Below the pieces are notes generated by a model. The model did not search any database, was not told the DNA's origin, and worked only from the letters and a program-made list of their open reading frames with translations. Below are positions 40,022-49,473 of a stretch of DNA of 64,000 bases, piece after piece; position 1 is the stretch's first letter, and each line of letters starts with the position of its first letter. The stretch comes from a virus. The stretch lies in IMG/VR virus record IMGVR_UViG_3300045919_000635, positions 3,186 through 67,185 of that record; one strand, written 5' to 3'. Position numbers and translations under genes: made by a program.

Positions 40022-40918
40022 ATGAGCGGCGCTTATTCAACAACTACCACTGGTAGTGCTTCCATTACTATTTATTCAACGCCTGGAACTTACGTTTTAA
40101 CACTACCTACAAACTATACCTTTGTTCGGATTTTTCTTTGTGGCGCTGGAGGCAGTGGGGCGAGCGGAAGAAGGGGTGCTGCTGCTTCTACTAGATATGG
40201 TGGCGGTGGCGGTGGCGGTGCTGGAAGTTCTGAAGCTACTTTTTTGATTGCAGATATTTTAGCTGTTAGCACACAAATAACAATTACTGTGGGTGCGGGT
40301 GGCGCGATCGCACCTTCACCTACAACAGATGATACCAACGGAGTTACTGGAACCAATGGAGGCATCACACAAGTAATAAGAACTGCGGATTCAGCTCAGA
40401 TGCTATCAGCAGCAGGCGGTAATGCTGGGGCAGGTGGTACTGCTAGTACTAGTTCTGGTGGTACTGCTGGAAGTTCCCCAGCTTTATTTCCAGGAGGAGG
40501 CGGCACTAGCAGCAGCCCTAGTGCGGCATCTGCTGCGGGAACTGGTGCTACTTTAGGCGCAGGTGGTGGTAGTGGCGGCGGTGGCGTTGATAGCTCTAAT
40601 GTTGCCCGTAGTGGAGGTAACGGCGGTATAGGTGCAAGAGTCAAATTTGGCACAAGCATCACAATTACTGTTGCCGCAGGCGCAGCTTCTAGTAGCACTA
40701 CTGGCGGAACGGGTGCATCCGATACAGCAGATACTTACTTTTCTTATCCCGGCAATGGTGGAGGTGGTGGAGGTGGTAGCAGCGTTGCTGGCGGCGGTAA
40801 CGGAGGCAACGGAAATAAAGGTGGTGGCGGTGGCGGTGGTGGTGCTTGTCCAAATGGCTTCTCCCCTGGCATTGGTGGAAAAGGTGGGGATGGATATGCA
40901 ATTTTATACTTTTATTAA
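40022..40918 (+). CDS. Glycine-rich tail fibre-associated protein
   Basis: GAGGSG..G..GGGGGG..., ITVGAGG and GGKGGDG..I glycine-rich domain pattern. Confidence 0.75.
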   Translation: MSGAYSTTTTGSASITIYSTPGTYVLTLPTNYTFVRIFLCGAGGSGASGRRGAAASTRYGGGGGGGAGSSEATFLIADILAVSTQITITVGAGGAIAPSPTTDDTNGVTGTNGGITQVIRTADSAQMLSAAGGNAGAGGTASTSSGGTAGSSPALFPGGGGTSSSPSAASAAGTGATLGAGGGSGGGGVDSSNVARSGGNGGIGARVKFGTSITITVAAGAASSSTTGGTGASDTADTYFSYPGNGGGGGGGSSVAGGGNGGNGNKGGGGGGGGACPNGFSPGIGGKGGDGYAILYFY

Positions 40919-40933
40919 TAAGGATAAATTATT

Positions 40934-41509
40934 ATGAGTGGTAGTTCAATAACGCAACAACCAACTACTTTAAATGCGATCGCAACAGGAACTGTAAACA
41001 TAAGACAAGATCCAACTGATTTATTAACAGTTGGACTTAGGGCAGGAACAGCAGTTATAGGGACAGCAAATATTAAGCCAGCAGATTGGAGTGCTGCTAT
41101 ATATTCTGCCTTAAGTCTAACTATCCCTAGTAGCATTGCTGTTAACACTTGGGTAAATGGTGATTATGAAATAGAATTACATAATATTCAATTTATTAAA
41201 TTAATTCCAGCGATTACAACCGCAGCAAGTATTACTGGTACTAACTTAGATTTGCGCTTTGCCTGGAGTGCGGATGCAACTCCTTCTACAAGGACTTACG
41301 TAACAAAAGAAATAGAAGGAACTCCAAGCGGGGGATTGATTGGAATTACTCAAGCAATTAAATATTGGACAATTAGTGCAGATGCAATTGCTACAATAAC
41401 TACTCCGATTATTATCCCAGTACAAGGAACTTGGCTGCAATTTAGTGGAAGAAGAAATATGATTTCTACTACTAATTTAGTTGCAAATTTCAATGCTCAA
41501 ACAGTATGA
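40934..41509 (+). CDS. Putative tail protein
   Basis: T/I-rich beta ORF within the tail operon. Confidence 0.5.
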   Translation: MSGSSITQQPTTLNAIATGTVNIRQDPTDLLTVGLRAGTAVIGTANIKPADWSAAIYSALSLTIPSSIAVNTWVNGDYEIELHNIQFIKLIPAITTAASITGTNLDLRFAWSADATPSTRTYVTKEIEGTPSGGLIGITQAIKYWTISADAIATITTPIIIPVQGTWLQFSGRRNMISTTNLVANFNAQTV

Positions 41510-43701
41510 CTTATTTATACTGGAATCAATTACGAATGGATGGTGGAGGGTTCTTTCAAGGAACTTATCCTCACCCCACTGTAGCTAATAAAATTATTGC
41601 CCGATGTGACGTTGCTGGATTTTATTCTCTTTTAAATGGCAAGTGGCAATTAATAGGGAACTTTTCTCAAGGGCAAGATAATAATTGGGGAGGTGCTAGT
41701 TTTGCATGGCATCCAACCGATAACAATACTTTCTTTATTATGTGTGGAAAGTATCTTACTGGAAGTAATGCTACAGCAGGAAGTATTTATAAAAGTACAG
41801 ATAATGGAGTTACGCTAACCAAAATAACTTCGTTCCCTTCTCTTCTATTTGGTGCTAACGAGAATCAAAGAAGATTAGCGGGTGAAAGAATTGCAATATG
41901 TCCGACGCTACCTAACATTATTTTGGTTGGCACTTACAGCGATTCTAGTAGCGCTGGAAAAGGAATTTATCGCAGCACTGACGGGGGAACTAGTTGGAAT
42001 CAAATTACTTTAACTAATCTTGCACCAAGTCAAACTATAAGTTCCCTTAACTTAAATAACGGACAAACAAGTATAGTATTTGATATCGCAAATTCAGGGA
42101 CTTGTTACTGTGCAGTATTTGGAAATGGAGTTAGTAAGTCTACGGATTATGGTGCAACTTGGACTTTTATTGGAGGTGCTAAATATGTTTACAGACTTGT
42201 TTGTTATAACTCTAATTTATACAGTGCTGCAATTGTTTCTGGAAGTGGAGAGTTACCAGCAGACACTTCTGGGTATGCAGGAGTCAGTGTTTACATCGGC
42301 AGTTCTTGGACTAATAAACTAAGTTTAGATATTGCTTGGCTAGATATTTCAAGCTTTACTGGAGAAATTACAGCCGGATATCATTATGACAGCTATTGGC
42401 GCAAAAGTTCTAATGGCGGGACTACCTGGAATACCTATAATATTGGAAATAGCTATGCCAATGCAGTAAGCTATCAAGATAATATTCCATATCCAGTAGG
42501 CTATGGGATTGGTTGTTTTGCTTACGATAAAGTTACCACAAACAGTGTTTGGGCGGGAGATTTTTATTATGTCTGGAAGAACACTGCATACTCTACAGTT
42601 AATTCTACTTGGATAAATTATGCAAAAGGAATTGAAAATACAGTAGCATACGCATCTTGTTTTGTTGGCAGTGATTTCTATAGTGGGTGGTATGATATAT
42701 ATGCGTTTAAACATGACTTAGGATTAGCTAAACCACCTACTACAAAGTTAGGCGGAGGTGGAAATGCATCACCTAAATATCCAAGTGGATTAAGTATTGC
42801 TTATTGTGCAGCAACTCCAACAACTATTGCAGTAGTGGGAAGTGATTATGCAAATACTAGTGATGTGGTTGCAACTAAAGATGGTAGTACTTGGAATAAA
42901 TATACGGGTTTAAATCTGCCTTCTCGTATTGCAATTTCTTCCACTAATCCCAACTTATGGGTTGCAACATGTCGGGGATACGCTCCATATTTCTCTGATA
43001 ATGGTGGCGCTAGTTGGAGTGCGATCGCTTTAGAATCTTGCGTACCAACTGGAATTTATTATGTTGGTGCGCCGCTAGTTGCTGATGCTAGTAACGGAAA
43101 TAGATTTTGGTTAACTAACGACGACTTAAGTAGTGGAAACTATGGTAATTTATATAGATTAGATTACAACGCTGGTGCGATCGCAGTCACAACAGTTAAT
43201 GCTGGCACACCTAAGAGTTACGACGGAACAAAGTTTTATAATTTAAAATCTATTTCTGGATATTTATTTTTAAGTTGTTTCGATACCGGACTTTATTACT
43301 CAACAAATAATGGGGTAAGTTTTACACAAATTACAGCAGTGCAGAATGCTAAGGCTATTTGTTTTGGCATGGCTAAAACCGGAAGTAGTAACCCTACTTT
43401 ATATATGTACGGAAAGATTTCTGGAACTGAATCTTTATACGAATCAAATGACTTAGGTATTACTTGGGATGCAAAATTAGACTCAGATCCAAGTAGCAGT
43501 TTTAACGTAAATTCAGTGGGCATATTTCAACCCATTACACACATTTCAGCTTCTCAAATTGAATATAATAAAGTTTTTATTGGCACAGATGGACATGGGG
43601 GCTTTTATAGCTCCGCGACATTGCTATCATCTGGCGGGGGCGCGATCGCACCTGGGTTAGAAATACCGGGGCAAACTACGTTGTACTTAAATTTTGTTTG
43701 A
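41506..43701 (+). CDS. GH74 (xyloglucanase-like) double beta-propeller, putative depolymerase
   Basis: W..LRMDGGGF...HP...ARCDVAG, GANE..R.AGERIAI.P...ILVGT, GIENTV...SGWYDI.AFKH, plus multiple Asp-box S.D.G.TW repeats. Confidence 0.8.
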   Translation: MTYLYWNQLRMDGGGFFQGTYPHPTVANKIIARCDVAGFYSLLNGKWQLIGNFSQGQDNNWGGASFAWHPTDNNTFFIMCGKYLTGSNATAGSIYKSTDNGVTLTKITSFPSLLFGANENQRRLAGERIAICPTLPNIILVGTYSDSSSAGKGIYRSTDGGTSWNQITLTNLAPSQTISSLNLNNGQTSIVFDIANSGTCYCAVFGNGVSKSTDYGATWTFIGGAKYVYRLVCYNSNLYSAAIVSGSGELPADTSGYAGVSVYIGSSWTNKLSLDIAWLDISSFTGEITAGYHYDSYWRKSSNGGTTWNTYNIGNSYANAVSYQDNIPYPVGYGIGCFAYDKVTTNSVWAGDFYYVWKNTAYSTVNSTWINYAKGIENTVAYASCFVGSDFYSGWYDIYAFKHDLGLAKPPTTKLGGGGNASPKYPSGLSIAYCAATPTTIAVVGSDYANTSDVVATKDGSTWNKYTGLNLPSRIAISSTNPNLWVATCRGYAPYFSDNGGASWSAIALESCVPTGIYYVGAPLVADASNGNRFWLTNDDLSSGNYGNLYRLDYNAGAIAVTTVNAGTPKSYDGTKFYNLKSISGYLFLSCFDTGLYYSTNNGVSFTQITAVQNAKAICFGMAKTGSSNPTLYMYGKISGTESLYESNDLGITWDAKLDSDPSSSFNVNSVGIFQPITHISASQIEYNKVFIGTDGHGGFYSSATLLSSGGGAIAPGLEIPGQTTLYLNFV

Positions 43702-43777
43702 CACTCCCCCGACTGACCAAGTTTCGCTTCGCTTCGGGTTATTTTGTATAATCAGAATAATTTAAATTAAAAAAATC

Positions 43778-44065
43778 ATGAATCTTACATGGCAGCTTAT
43801 TATTGGCGACACATCTATAGTTGACCCTCCTAATATCAATCCTGATTATTGGCAATTAGAGATGGGGAATTGGAGAATCAGATGTTTCTATATTGCGGAA
43901 ACCGAATTGCAGCCTGCTATGTGGGAAGCTTACGTTTATCAATACGATACTAATGCTACTTCCTGGAGCCAGTATACTAGCTTTAATAATGTTGGCTATG
44001 AAACAATAAAAGCACTTTCAGAAAAAGCATTGTACTTTTATTTAGTTGGGTATGAAATCAGTTAA
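43778..44065 (+). CDS. Hypothetical protein
   Basis: 95-aa ORF. Confidence 0.45.
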   Translation: MNLTWQLIIGDTSIVDPPNINPDYWQLEMGNWRIRCFYIAETELQPAMWEAYVYQYDTNATSWSQYTSFNNVGYETIKALSEKALYFYLVGYEIS

Positions 44066-44318
44066 TTGTTTTCTGTTTTTTAATTTCTGAAACAAAGGCA
44101 GTAATATCCTTGCAAGTATCTTCTGGAATTTCAACATTAATCCTTCCAGTATAACTACCACCAGAAGGAAGGTATAAGGTACTTGCAGAAGCAATCACTT
44201 TAAGAACAGGTTCTTTTTGGCTTGTCATATTAACTCCTGGGATGTTATATGAGTCGAGTGGGTAGGTCAACAACCATTTATATATTACCATAAATATGTC
44301 CACAATATAGACATATTC

Positions 44319-44498
44319 ATGAAAACAAAGGAAGTACATATCCGTATATCAGGAAAGCGTTTCAACAAACTAAAAACCTATGCCACTTTGAAAGAAAAAA
44401 CAGTGACTCAAATGATTGAAGATTACATTGACAAATTGCCTAGTTACAAGATTGACGATTCCTCAATCATCCCACTCCCTAATCAACCTGACGGTTGA
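44319..44498 (+). CDS. Ribbon-helix-helix protein (59 aa)
   Basis: MKTKEVHIRISGKRFNKLKTYA....TVTQMIEDYIDKL. Below the ORF-track cutoff. Confidence 0.65.
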   Translation: MKTKEVHIRISGKRFNKLKTYATLKEKTVTQMIEDYIDKLPSYKIDDSSIIPLPNQPDG

Positions 44499-44599
44499 TG
44501 TTGGTCGGAGATGTTTTCGTCATCGTCCGCTCCCTATCCCCACCTTATGAGTACAATGAAGAGCGTGATTAGAGGTGTAGCGATCGCACTCTTCCAACC

Positions 44600-44817
44600 A
44601 TGCCATCCGCCATTTTAACTACTGAATTTTTAATCCCAACCACCATTCCCCAACAATGGTTTGACGACTTGAAACGGGTTTGGAACGAGTCGCTATTTTA
44701 CCTAAATTGGCTACAACACTACAAAAAACTACAACGTTTTAACTGCGCCGATCTTCCCCCCGTGGAAATCAAGTTATGTACGGCATCCGAGATAAACCCA
44801 AATACAAAAAGCCGCAC
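44600..44817 (+). pseudogene. Probable TnpB (IS605 OrfB) N-terminal fragment
   Basis: LTTEFLIPT...QWFDDLKRVWNESL resembles a TnpB N-terminus. Interrupted by the convergent gene, no RuvC. Confidence 0.45.
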
Positions 44818-45882
44818 TCAACAACGACGAAATTTTAATCTTTTCGGCGGACAAACAGACATACAGATAATCCCCCGTGTCTCAATTACTGGGTAGTCAA
44901 GTGATATTGAGTCGGTCATCACGTCACCTATTGTATGAAGATTGCCACAAGCATCATACAAAAATCCTCCGTTTGTTTCAAGCTTGCGCTTCCAAAATAC
45001 GTCAATTGAACAGTAGCGCAGATTTTTACGGATAATTCGAGCTTCGTACAAATCAGAAATTTCTTCTCCTTGCGATCGCCTGTAAGTCAAAATCCAAGCA
45101 GCCCGTAACAGGCGATCGCGCTTCTCATCCTCCACAGCAGTATCAATTTGGGGATAGTTAAGTTCGGTTAAGGGTAGATATTTTATAAGCAGTTCCCCGG
45201 CTTCTTGGGGGTATGGGTTAGGCGTGGGAGGATATTCTAGATATCGTTCTGGGTGTTGAGTGCGATCGCCGCAATTGATGCGGATACCGTAATATTCATG
45301 CGTTCTAATTTGAGAAAGTGATTTTTCGCATCTGCTACCACAATCGCACTGCATCTTCCAAGTTGGTTTTTTGTAGTTATCTTTTTTGCCAGTTAATGCG
45401 ATCGCAGTCAGCGTCCCAAACTTCCAACCAGTAATATCAAAAGGATGACGATTGTTATCAATTAATCCTAGTTTTCGCGCACAACCACAAGATATTTGCC
45501 CCTTATCTTCAAAGCTATTTCTAGGGATTTGAATAAGTTTCCCGCAGTCACATTGCAGTTTCCACAATTGCCGATAACTATCTCTGTCTGGAATGCGATC
45601 GCCCATTCCTAATACTGTTAATCGTCCAAACTTCTGCCCGGTACAGTCGGATTTTCGTCTGCTGGCAGTCATCGCCAAATTTATTTCTTTTCTGAAGCAC
45701 CCGCAAGATGGTGTTTTAATTTCTTTGCGATCAAAAGAATTTCTTGTACGGACAACTGTATTGCCACAATCGCATAATAATTGCCATAATTCTTTGTGCG
45801 ATCGCGGGCATCTACCACTTTTGTCAATTACAGTTAATCGCCCAAATTTCTGCCCAATACAATCAGGTTTTTTCGCTACCAT
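44818..45882 (-). CDS. Protein with three G.KFG.LT...W..CDCG...CG repeats (homing-endonuclease-associated DNA-binding type)
   Basis: Three tandem repeats of about 70 aa. No recognisable HNH or AP2 domain at the C-terminus. Confidence 0.75.
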   Translation of the reverse strand: MVAKKPDCIGQKFGRLTVIDKSGRCPRSHKELWQLLCDCGNTVVRTRNSFDRKEIKTPSCGCFRKEINLAMTASRRKSDCTGQKFGRLTVLGMGDRIPDRDSYRQLWKLQCDCGKLIQIPRNSFEDKGQISCGCARKLGLIDNNRHPFDITGWKFGTLTAIALTGKKDNYKKPTWKMQCDCGSRCEKSLSQIRTHEYYGIRINCGDRTQHPERYLEYPPTPNPYPQEAGELLIKYLPLTELNYPQIDTAVEDEKRDRLLRAAWILTYRRSQGEEISDLYEARIIRKNLRYCSIDVFWKRKLETNGGFLYDACGNLHTIGDVMTDSISLDYPVIETRGIICMSVCPPKRLKFRRC

Positions 45883-46201
45883 CTTCTACCACAAAATTAT
45901 CAATTTCTGAGCAAAATTGTAAGCCAAAAATCCTCACGCCTTCGGGGACGAAAGCCATGATTGCCAGCGCTTTAACCAAGACGAATAATCCGTGATTAAA
46001 CGTTTTTTCGTCACGCGGATAAAACAGATATTTATCCGCGTGGTTAATTACATGCAGTGGGTAATCCGCATCTTCCTCCTCGCATCGCAACCAGCGCCAC
46101 TCTTCCTCGATTAAACCACGGGACTTGATGTGGCTAATAAATCGGGGGACGTTGTGGTGTAGGAGCGATCGCACTTGATTCAACCGTTGTTCTGACCTCA
46201 T
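45863..46201 (-). CDS. Hypothetical protein
   Basis: 112 aa, coupled to both neighbours. Confidence 0.6.
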   Translation of the reverse strand: MRSEQRLNQVRSLLHHNVPRFISHIKSRGLIEEEWRWLRCEEEDADYPLHVINHADKYLFYPRDEKTFNHGLFVLVKALAIMAFVPEGVRIFGLQFCSEIDNFVVEDGSEKT

Positions 46202-46641
46202 GGCTTTCTAACACTCCACCATTTGCCCTGCCTATCAAATATAAACCCACGCATCGCAAATGGCGATCGCGGCAACCTCTTCAACTTAACCAACTCTTTT
46301 AACTCATGCGATCGCAATAACCACCCGCGATCGCAACAACGTTCCAGATCCTCAAGGTGTGTAAGCCTTGATTCAGATGACAACTTTTTTACTTCATCTA
46401 ATAAGTAAGTCATCATCTGCAATAATATTTCTTCTTTCTGAGATTGCTTCTCAGTCTCCTCGTTCACCACGATTGACCGATGTACGGGTGTCGATTGTTC
46501 GCGCTTCAACCATTCAACTTCCGATTGGTCAAATATAGCTTCGCGGTTAATATACACAATTTTCAGCTTTCCTTGCTTCACGTACCGATTAACGGTTCTA
46601 GGTGTGCAACCCAGGTAATCAGCAACCTCATTCTTATCCAC
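46198..46641 (-). CDS. Excisionase-like (HTH_17) DNA-binding protein
   Basis: MDKNEVADYLGCTPRTVNRYVKQGKL...FDQSEVEWLK. Confidence 0.8.
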   Translation of the reverse strand: MDKNEVADYLGCTPRTVNRYVKQGKLKIVYINREAIFDQSEVEWLKREQSTPVHRSIVVNEETEKQSQKEEILLQMMTYLLDEVKKLSSESRLTHLEDLERCCDRGWLLRSHELKELVKLKRLPRSPFAMRGFIFDRQGKWWSVRKP

Positions 46642-46756
46642 TACGGTTCACCATTGACAATCATTGACAAGGGCTGACATTAACCCGTCAATGATTAAAT
46701 TCTCTCAGCCATTGGGAATAATTAAACTACTGAATTGAAGGTTAGTTTTATCACCC

Positions 46757-47662
46757 ATGTCCGTAATATTATACGAAATCGCGACGCAAAAAAGGACTTA
46801 CTTGGATGACAATGCGATCGCACTAGATAAAGATTTCGCACTTCAGCTACAGCAGCGACTCTGCGACTTCCACCTCCTCTCTAACCCCGATGGGAGGTGG
46901 GGTGAAAAGTCAGCCGCAGCCCTAGCCAAATTTAAATCTTTCCGAGGATTGAAGGAGGCTGGATGCGGTAACTTGACGGCATCACAACTGATAAATATCA
47001 CACCATCAGGCTTAATTAACGGATACAAACTTGATGGCAGTCTAGCTAGTCGTGCCTTGATGTTTTTTATCGACCGAGGCTTTAAAATCGCCACAAACAA
47101 GAGCGAATGTAACATTTTCTATTTAGAGGGCGTAAACCGCGACGGTTCCCTAAACGACAATAACCGGTTTGTTTATAATGACCGCCGCTGCATTCTCCAA
47201 TTCGATAATAATAACGGACTCCTTACGCCCAAATTAACAGGGAACTGGTTAGCGACATGTGACCCCGGACAATACTACTGGGACAACCCACTCAATGAGA
47301 ACGGGTGCGCGAACATCAAGAAAAACACCCAATATAAGGCTTGGACAACCGGGAAACATCATGACCAATATGCTTTAGTTCAGGCAGCGGATATTACAGT
47401 TTTGCGCGGAGAGAAACAAACTGCTTTTGATGGTGATGACTTTGGAGTAAACCAACACTCTGTAGGGAAGGGGCAGGATTTCTCCTTTGGGGAGGCGATC
47501 GGTAAGTGGAGTGCTGGCTGTTGTGTGGGTGCGAACCGCGCAGAACATGAGAGCTTCATGCGACAAGTTGACGCAGACCCACGAGAGAAAGCGAATAAAG
47601 GCAATTATTTGCACTACACAGCATTTATTAAAGGGGTTAGTTTGGAGGCGACGTTCCCATAA
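46757..47662 (+). CDS. Putative endolysin: peptidoglycan-binding domain plus YkuD-like Cys catalytic domain
   Basis: LQQRL......DGRWGEKSAAALAKFK PG-binding motif. C-terminal GVNQH...WSAGC.V. Confidence 0.75.
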   Translation: MSVILYEIATQKRTYLDDNAIALDKDFALQLQQRLCDFHLLSNPDGRWGEKSAAALAKFKSFRGLKEAGCGNLTASQLINITPSGLINGYKLDGSLASRALMFFIDRGFKIATNKSECNIFYLEGVNRDGSLNDNNRFVYNDRRCILQFDNNNGLLTPKLTGNWLATCDPGQYYWDNPLNENGCANIKKNTQYKAWTTGKHHDQYALVQAADITVLRGEKQTAFDGDDFGVNQHSVGKGQDFSFGEAIGKWSAGCCVGANRAEHESFMRQVDADPREKANKGNYLHYTAFIKGVSLEATFP

Positions 47663-47928
47663 TGTGTAAAGCCCGTAGCTTGTTCCAAACCAAAACCTTT
47701 CAGAGTAGCGCGATCGCACTTCTAGGCGGACTTGCCCCGATTGCGATCGCATGTAGCTACCAACACAGATTGCCTACACAAAACGAAGCGATCGCAACAG
47801 CTGCCCTAATGAGTGTTTTTTCATCTGCTCTTGTAGGGCGTGTCGAAACCTCGCCCGTATTTACACCCGATGGGTTCCCCGGTCCCAATGAAAGTGACAT
47901 CAAAGAATCATCAATTAACTCTAATTAA
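47662..47928 (+). CDS. Putative holin
   Basis: KSLFQTKTF-like start, two hydrophobic segments, VFTPDGFPGPN end. Directly after the lysin. Confidence 0.55.
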   Translation: MCKARSLFQTKTFQSSAIALLGGLAPIAIACSYQHRLPTQNEAIATAALMSVFSSALVGRVETSPVFTPDGFPGPNESDIKESSINSN

Positions 47929-48298
47929 AGGGGGAGAAAAGATAGCCGCGATCGCACTACAAGGCAACTATATAATCGGCAGATCGAAATTTAGATGCTC
48001 TGAACTTGCGATCGCATTTGATGAATCCCCTACCCTGATTATTTTCAATGGGGCTAAGTGCCTTTCGGCGATGCATTGTGTGCTTTATCAAGATTCAATC
48101 GGGTATCAACTAATTGATGGTTGGGGGCTGAAGTACAGCACAAATGGCGTATTCTGCAACGGGCATAAAGTTGATAATACCGCCATAAAACATGGCGATG
48201 AGATTACCCTTGGTTCTGATGAAATAAGCTTACTATATGAATCCGAGCAAGATGCACAAACTGAGGAAGAGACTTTTTCTAATTTTAAAAAAGTATGA
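47840..48298 (+). CDS. FHA domain protein
   Basis: IIGRS...LSAMHC.L......LID....STNGVFCNG......IKHGDEI.LG. Confidence 0.85.
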   Translation: MSKPRPYLHPMGSPVPMKVTSKNHQLTLIKGGEKIAAIALQGNYIIGRSKFRCSELAIAFDESPTLIIFNGAKCLSAMHCVLYQDSIGYQLIDGWGLKYSTNGVFCNGHKVDNTAIKHGDEITLGSDEISLLYESEQDAQTEEETFSNFKKV

Positions 48299-48740
48299 AA
48301 AAAACTTAATTCGGCTGATTCTAACCTTGGTGTTTTCTGCTGTAATCATGTGGCTAGCAAAGCACATTTTTGATATTTACTTACCTTTTGCAACTTGGAA
48401 AGCATCATTAGAATCAGTAGGTATTATATCTGTCTTATTCTCAATCTTTACCTTTTGGATTACCCAACAAACCGAAAAACGTCAATCATCAGCTGTCGCG
48501 ATCGCTCGTAAAGAAGAGAAGGATAAAGCAATTATTGAGAGTCACGCGATCGCCATTGTGCGACTAGAATCAGTGGAAGAAACCTTGAGGAGTGCGATCA
48601 ATTCCAATACTAAAGCCATTGAGGAGGTGCGATCGCACTTGGGGAGACTATCAGCGCAAGTACAGCAAACAGAAGCTGAAGCTATTATGCAGAGGAAAAT
48701 AGCGAGGCTTGAAGATAAAGTAGAAAGTTTAATGGCTTGA
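48237..48740 (+). CDS. Membrane-anchored coiled-coil protein (holin/spanin-like)
   Basis: Two TM-like helices followed by a coiled coil, in the lysis cassette. Confidence 0.55.
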   Translation: MNPSKMHKLRKRLFLILKKYEKNLIRLILTLVFSAVIMWLAKHIFDIYLPFATWKASLESVGIISVLFSIFTFWITQQTEKRQSSAVAIARKEEKDKAIIESHAIAIVRLESVEETLRSAINSNTKAIEEVRSHLGRLSAQVQQTEAEAIMQRKIARLEDKVESLMA

Positions 48741-48892
48741 CGGAAGGAGGAAGAGCTTCTAAGAGGGAAGAAGGATGAAAATATTTCTTTTCAACCTTCT
48801 TCCTACTTCCTCCTTCCCCCCGAACTTCAGCTTGACGAATTGATTTTTTAAAGCTAGGGTAAAAACAATTGATTAAGTTTTTGTTCACAAAG

Positions 48893-48928
48893 AAAGCGCT
48901 TTTTGTTTAACGTCAAAAGGCGCTTTTT
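48893..48928. terminator. Probable bidirectional intrinsic terminator
   Basis: aaagcgcttttTG..CAaaaggcgcttttt hairpin between convergent operons. Confidence 0.6.
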
Positions 48929-48970
48929 ATTGACAATTTTAGATGTCGTGGTTAAGCTTAAAGCAACATT

Positions 48971-49243
48971 TTATTTATTCTCCACGCCTTCAATCCCAGG
49001 ACTTGAAGGCGTTTTGTTTAGCTGCTCATCAGAATGTGATTGCTCGTAGAATGCGATGTCTGACGACAAGGCGTGTGCGGACAACGCGATCTCGATGCCT
49101 TCCGTTATGCTGCCATTTCCTAACTTTTTAGCTATCTCCCTGGCAGACAAAGAAAGCTGCACAAGTGTTTTTTTTGAATTGGGCTTTTTATTTTTCCCAG
49201 CAATTAAATTGCGCTGAGAGTTGGGATTTTCACCTTTAGGCAT
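48971..49243 (-). CDS. Small putative DNA-binding protein
   Basis: MPKGENPNSQRNL...VQLS.SAREIAKKLGNGSITEGIE, RHH-like. Confidence 0.55.
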   Translation of the reverse strand: MPKGENPNSQRNLIAGKNKKPNSKKTLVQLSLSAREIAKKLGNGSITEGIEIALSAHALSSDIAFYEQSHSDEQLNKTPSSPGIEGVENK

Positions 49244-49447
49244 TTAATTGTACTGTGCTTGCATTGGCTGATTAAAAGAGAGCTTTTCGAGCTTACCATC
49301 AAAATCATTAATGGCTTTTTTGAGTGAGGGAGAATCTAGTGCGAACATCCCGGCGCACTCAATACGAGGGGTGAATTCAGCATTTCCACCCCACCCGCCA
49401 ACCCAATAGCCGCGATTGGGAACATAGCAAAATCCGTAAGTTCTCAT
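49244..49447 (-). CDS. Small hypothetical protein
   Basis: AAAGGA RBS, 67 aa. Confidence 0.55.
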   Translation of the reverse strand: MRTYGFCYVPNRGYWVGGWGGNAEFTPRIECAGMFALDSPSLKKAINDFDGKLEKLSFNQPMQAQYN

Positions 49448-49473
49448 TTTTCCTTTCTTTTTCCTTTAAAAAT

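Noticed and set aside
40114-40937. Alternative-frame ORFs over the glycine-rich gene
   Set aside because: These are shadow ORFs caused by GGN codon repetition.
37980-43701. Diversity-generating retroelement acting on tail fibres
   Set aside because: No reverse transcriptase and no adenine-specific TR/VR pair were seen. The internal repeats are diverged domain duplications.
46198-46641. Evidence for an integration module
   Set aside because: An HTH_17 protein alone is not diagnostic, and no tyrosine or serine recombinase or att site was recognised in the window.
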